Source: Phallusia mammillata (Eukaryota). Taken from it: DNA of 64,000 nucleotides. Shown here in pieces: positions 61,202 through 64,000 of this stretch. The first letter of the stretch is position 1. Every line of letters starts with the position of its first letter. The notes below the pieces were generated by a model that saw nothing but the letters and a program-made list of their open reading frames with translations, was not told where the DNA came from and searched no databases. Both the position numbers and the translations under genes were made by a program. Location of the stretch: positions 14,074,001 through 14,138,000 of the forward strand of contig OZ281494.1 of NCBI GenBank assembly GCA_965637545.1, given 5' to 3'.

Positions 61202-63737
61202 ATGGAAGGAGATAGCAATGACCAAGCCCCAAACAAAGACTTTCAAGATGTAAAAATTAGTTTTGTATATGACCGCTGCCCGGTTTGTGACAAGGTTGGG
61301 AAGTCACTTGCATGCTCAAAATGTTTGGAAAAAGATGAATCTAAAAGTTTTTTGATTCTGTGTGAGGGCAAGGTTAGGAAATCTCAAAGTCGGCTTGCAC
61401 GTCCTATGTTCCTTTTAAGGTAAGAAAGCCTTCAAATCTCTGTGTGCAAAGCTTCATGAACAATGTATTGAAAAAAGTTCTTTTATTTTGGCAAAACTTT
61501 GTGACCTCTATATGTATTGATATACATTGAACAAACTCAAGAAGCTGTTACAGAGCATAATAGCTTTTAAAAACTGAAATGTATGATATCTTTTTGACTT
61601 TTCAACATTTTTTGTGAAACATTAATGACTATTGTTGTTTGCGTTTTTTAGTTTGGGGTACACCTACCAAAAGGGGCCTTCTGGCCCGATATATTCTTAC
61701 CTAAACAGTGTGTTATTTTCCAATTTACCTGAATGTATTAAAAATTTAGTGACCTGTACATTTTACCTTGTTTTAAAGGTCGGTTCAAGAGAACTTGCAG
61801 CAAACACAATTCATCGTCAAATCACATGTCAAAGAAAAACTGAGGTACCAAAGATATTTTGTAATGCAACAATACTTGCTTCTATGCAAAATTTAACATA
61901 AATATTAGTTTTGTATTTGACAGATTGGAAGAGGATATTGCATCTATTACTGAAAAAGCCCAACTTGTAAGTATTTATAGACAGACTTAACAAAAGTGCT
62001 TTTTTAATGGCCATGTTGTTCCTTTGATAGATAAGCTCTATTAATCAGTGCAAGGCTAACGTGGAGCGACTGAAAAAACTCTTGGTAGCAAGGAAATTGG
62101 AAAGTGAACATCAGCAACATGTGTTAATGGAAAGCAAAAAGTCTCTGTCTGTTTACCAGAAAAGGCACTCGCGAATACAAGGAAAAAAATCAAAAATGAA
62201 AGAGTATATTGAAAACAAGCAGGTAAATTTATGTTTTGTCTATTAGTGTTATGTTAGAATTGATGTACAAGTAACATTAATAACTATTAAAAAACATTGT
62301 TTTATACATATATATACATACAATTTGTTACAACTATTAAAATTTGTGTGCAGATGAACATCACTTTAACACTGTCAAAGATTGAGCCACTGACAATCAC
62401 ATTAAACAGGAAAAGAGTGGAATATATTTCAATGCTTGTTGAATATATTTTCCCTATTAAAGAATTAAAAAGAGTTGAAACAATAACCAGGTTTGTATTC
62501 ATTTGATTTTTATTTATTGTGGTAAATATTTTCTAAAAAGGAAGCACATATTTCTTTTATCAAACGGAAATTAAGAAAGAGGCTTATTTAAAAAACAAAC
62601 CAAGTATTAGCTAAGTTTTATATGTGCAGCAAATCTTAGGCATGAAATCTATCCTCTAGTTAAATACAATGCAATTATAACATAATCACTAGCACTTTTG
62701 TAATTAAAAAATGCAAACAATTTTGCTCAGTGTGGATGGAAAGGATGAGGATGAGAGTGATTTTGTTTCGGACAAGGATCGTACTCTTCTGCAGGAGGAG
62801 CTTGAAGAGGCACGGAGGATGTCTTTTGTACATGGAAGATGGGTGGACCAACAGGTTTTATTTCAACTCAGACACTATCTTCAGAAAAAATAAAGCTACA
62901 AAATTAAACTATACACAAATCTACTAAAACACATTAGGCAAAACATTCTATATTTTATGGTTAGCCGCTGTGGTAGATTCACATCCACCATGTAATTGAC
63001 AGTATGTGTCAATTTGTTTCAAATTAAACTGTATGTGTTTTCAAATTGGGTAACTGCCAAGGTGGTGACTGTAAATTTTATCAAGACATTTGCATTAACA
63101 CAGGGGTTCCCAACCTATTTACGATCTGCCATGTGTACCACTTCTTTCAGCACAACTAATTTGATTGAATCATATTTTATTCAGAATAATAATATTGGCC
63201 TACTAAAATAAGTAACACTAAAGCACCACAACTGAATTGAATGAGATTTTTGTTTACTGTAAACAAGATATAAAGTTGTGAAACCAGGCTGTTGTGGAAA
63301 AAAACGGAAGCTTCTCGTGTACCACCTGAAAAACCTTCCACTAGTGGTACGCGTACCACAGGTTGAGAACACCCGCATTATCAGGATCGTTTTAACACCA
63401 ACTATACATGCAAAATACATAACTCGCCATATAAATTGCAGGCCGGAATTAGCGACATCGTCCAGATATCTGTTGGAGCCGACGAAGCGAGTGCACCATC
63501 TGACGGCAATTACGCACCCTATCTTACCTGGTTGGAAAATAACTACAAGCAAACAGCGTCTGATCCGCCGAACTCCCCTGGTAGCTTGATTTCATCCACA
63601 TCCGAAAGTTTCATTGTCCAGCATCGAGCTCAAAACTCAGCCATGGCAGTTAGCGCTGCCTTATCTCACGCCGCGCAGATGGTACATGTGATGAGAAAAC
63701 TGCTGCATGTGCATCTGCCGCATCGATTGCACTTCAA
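61202..63737 (+). CDS. ATG14: Beclin 1-associated autophagy regulator ATG14, 5' part (continues beyond the window)
   Basis: Exons 61202-61419, 61779-61844, 61924-61966, 62031-62222, 62354-62490, 62731-62854, 63442-63737. Motifs RCPVC...CSKC, coiled coil, IFPIKE, LEEARRMSFVHGRWV, PSDGNYAPYLTW and AVSAALSHAAQMV match ATG14. Confidence 0.92.
63101..63375. mobile_element. hAT (Charlie-like) MITE in an ATG14 intron
   Basis: CAGGGGTTCCCAACC ... GGTTGAGAACACCCG; TSD CATTAACA / CATTATCA. Confidence 0.75.
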
Positions 63738-64000
63738 GTAAGATAAAAGTTTGTAATGTTAGCTGTATTTAAAGCTGATCTGGTGATTTCGAATGCGACC
63801 TTTAGGAAAAGGCGAAGACAGTTGCAATAGGTTCAGGCCTCATCACTCAAAACGTAGCCCTTTCTCCCACAATATAATGCACTAGCGGGGTACGCACTAA
63901 TCATACCTGTGTAGTATGATTAGGTCATGGTGCTTAAATTGAGCCAATTTCTATTTTCATTACAATAAACGAGAAAAGACGACCAAAACCAGTCAAAACC

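Noticed and set aside
63897-63923. 10-bp hairpin ctaatcatac/gtatgattag
   Set aside because: Isolated, near the window edge, no supporting context.
1-64000. CRISPR arrays, rRNA genes or prokaryote-type systems
   Set aside because: The sequence is spliceosomal-intron eukaryotic DNA; the repeats seen are two-unit tandems or transposon ends, with no repeat-spacer periodicity.

Overview
Eukaryotic, AT-rich, compact animal genomic DNA with short spliceosomal introns. It is most consistent with an ascidian tunicate, but that is an inference from gene content and structure. Left to right: (1) an Ets1/2-pointed family transcription factor gene (4211-21691, +). It appears to have two alternative first coding exons; the long one keeps the ERK target LPPLTP but has no recognisable PNT domain. 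The gene also has a GC-AG intron and a long Q/H-rich tail after the ETS domain. (2) A spliced orphan gene (-) not reconstructed by the ORF track. It lies directly downstream of AVEN (-), possibly as an operon. (3) Four intronless small heat-shock protein genes, three with HSEs; one has a triplicated N-terminal module and one a mitochondrial-type presequence. (4) SLC38A10 (-). (5) Three tandem GT31/beta-1,3-galactosyltransferase-like genes, with a gene-conversion tract and one copy with degraded 5' exons. (6) The 5' part of ATG14 (+). About 15 non-autonomous mobile elements are interspersed, most with readable ends and target-site duplications (hAT, piggyBac, Harbinger, Tc2, Merlin/Mutator-like, tRNA-SINE), including two nested insertions. 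No CRISPR, rRNA or functional tRNA gene was found. Gene models were built by hand from splice signals and codon phase; family assignments are from remembered motifs, not database searches.
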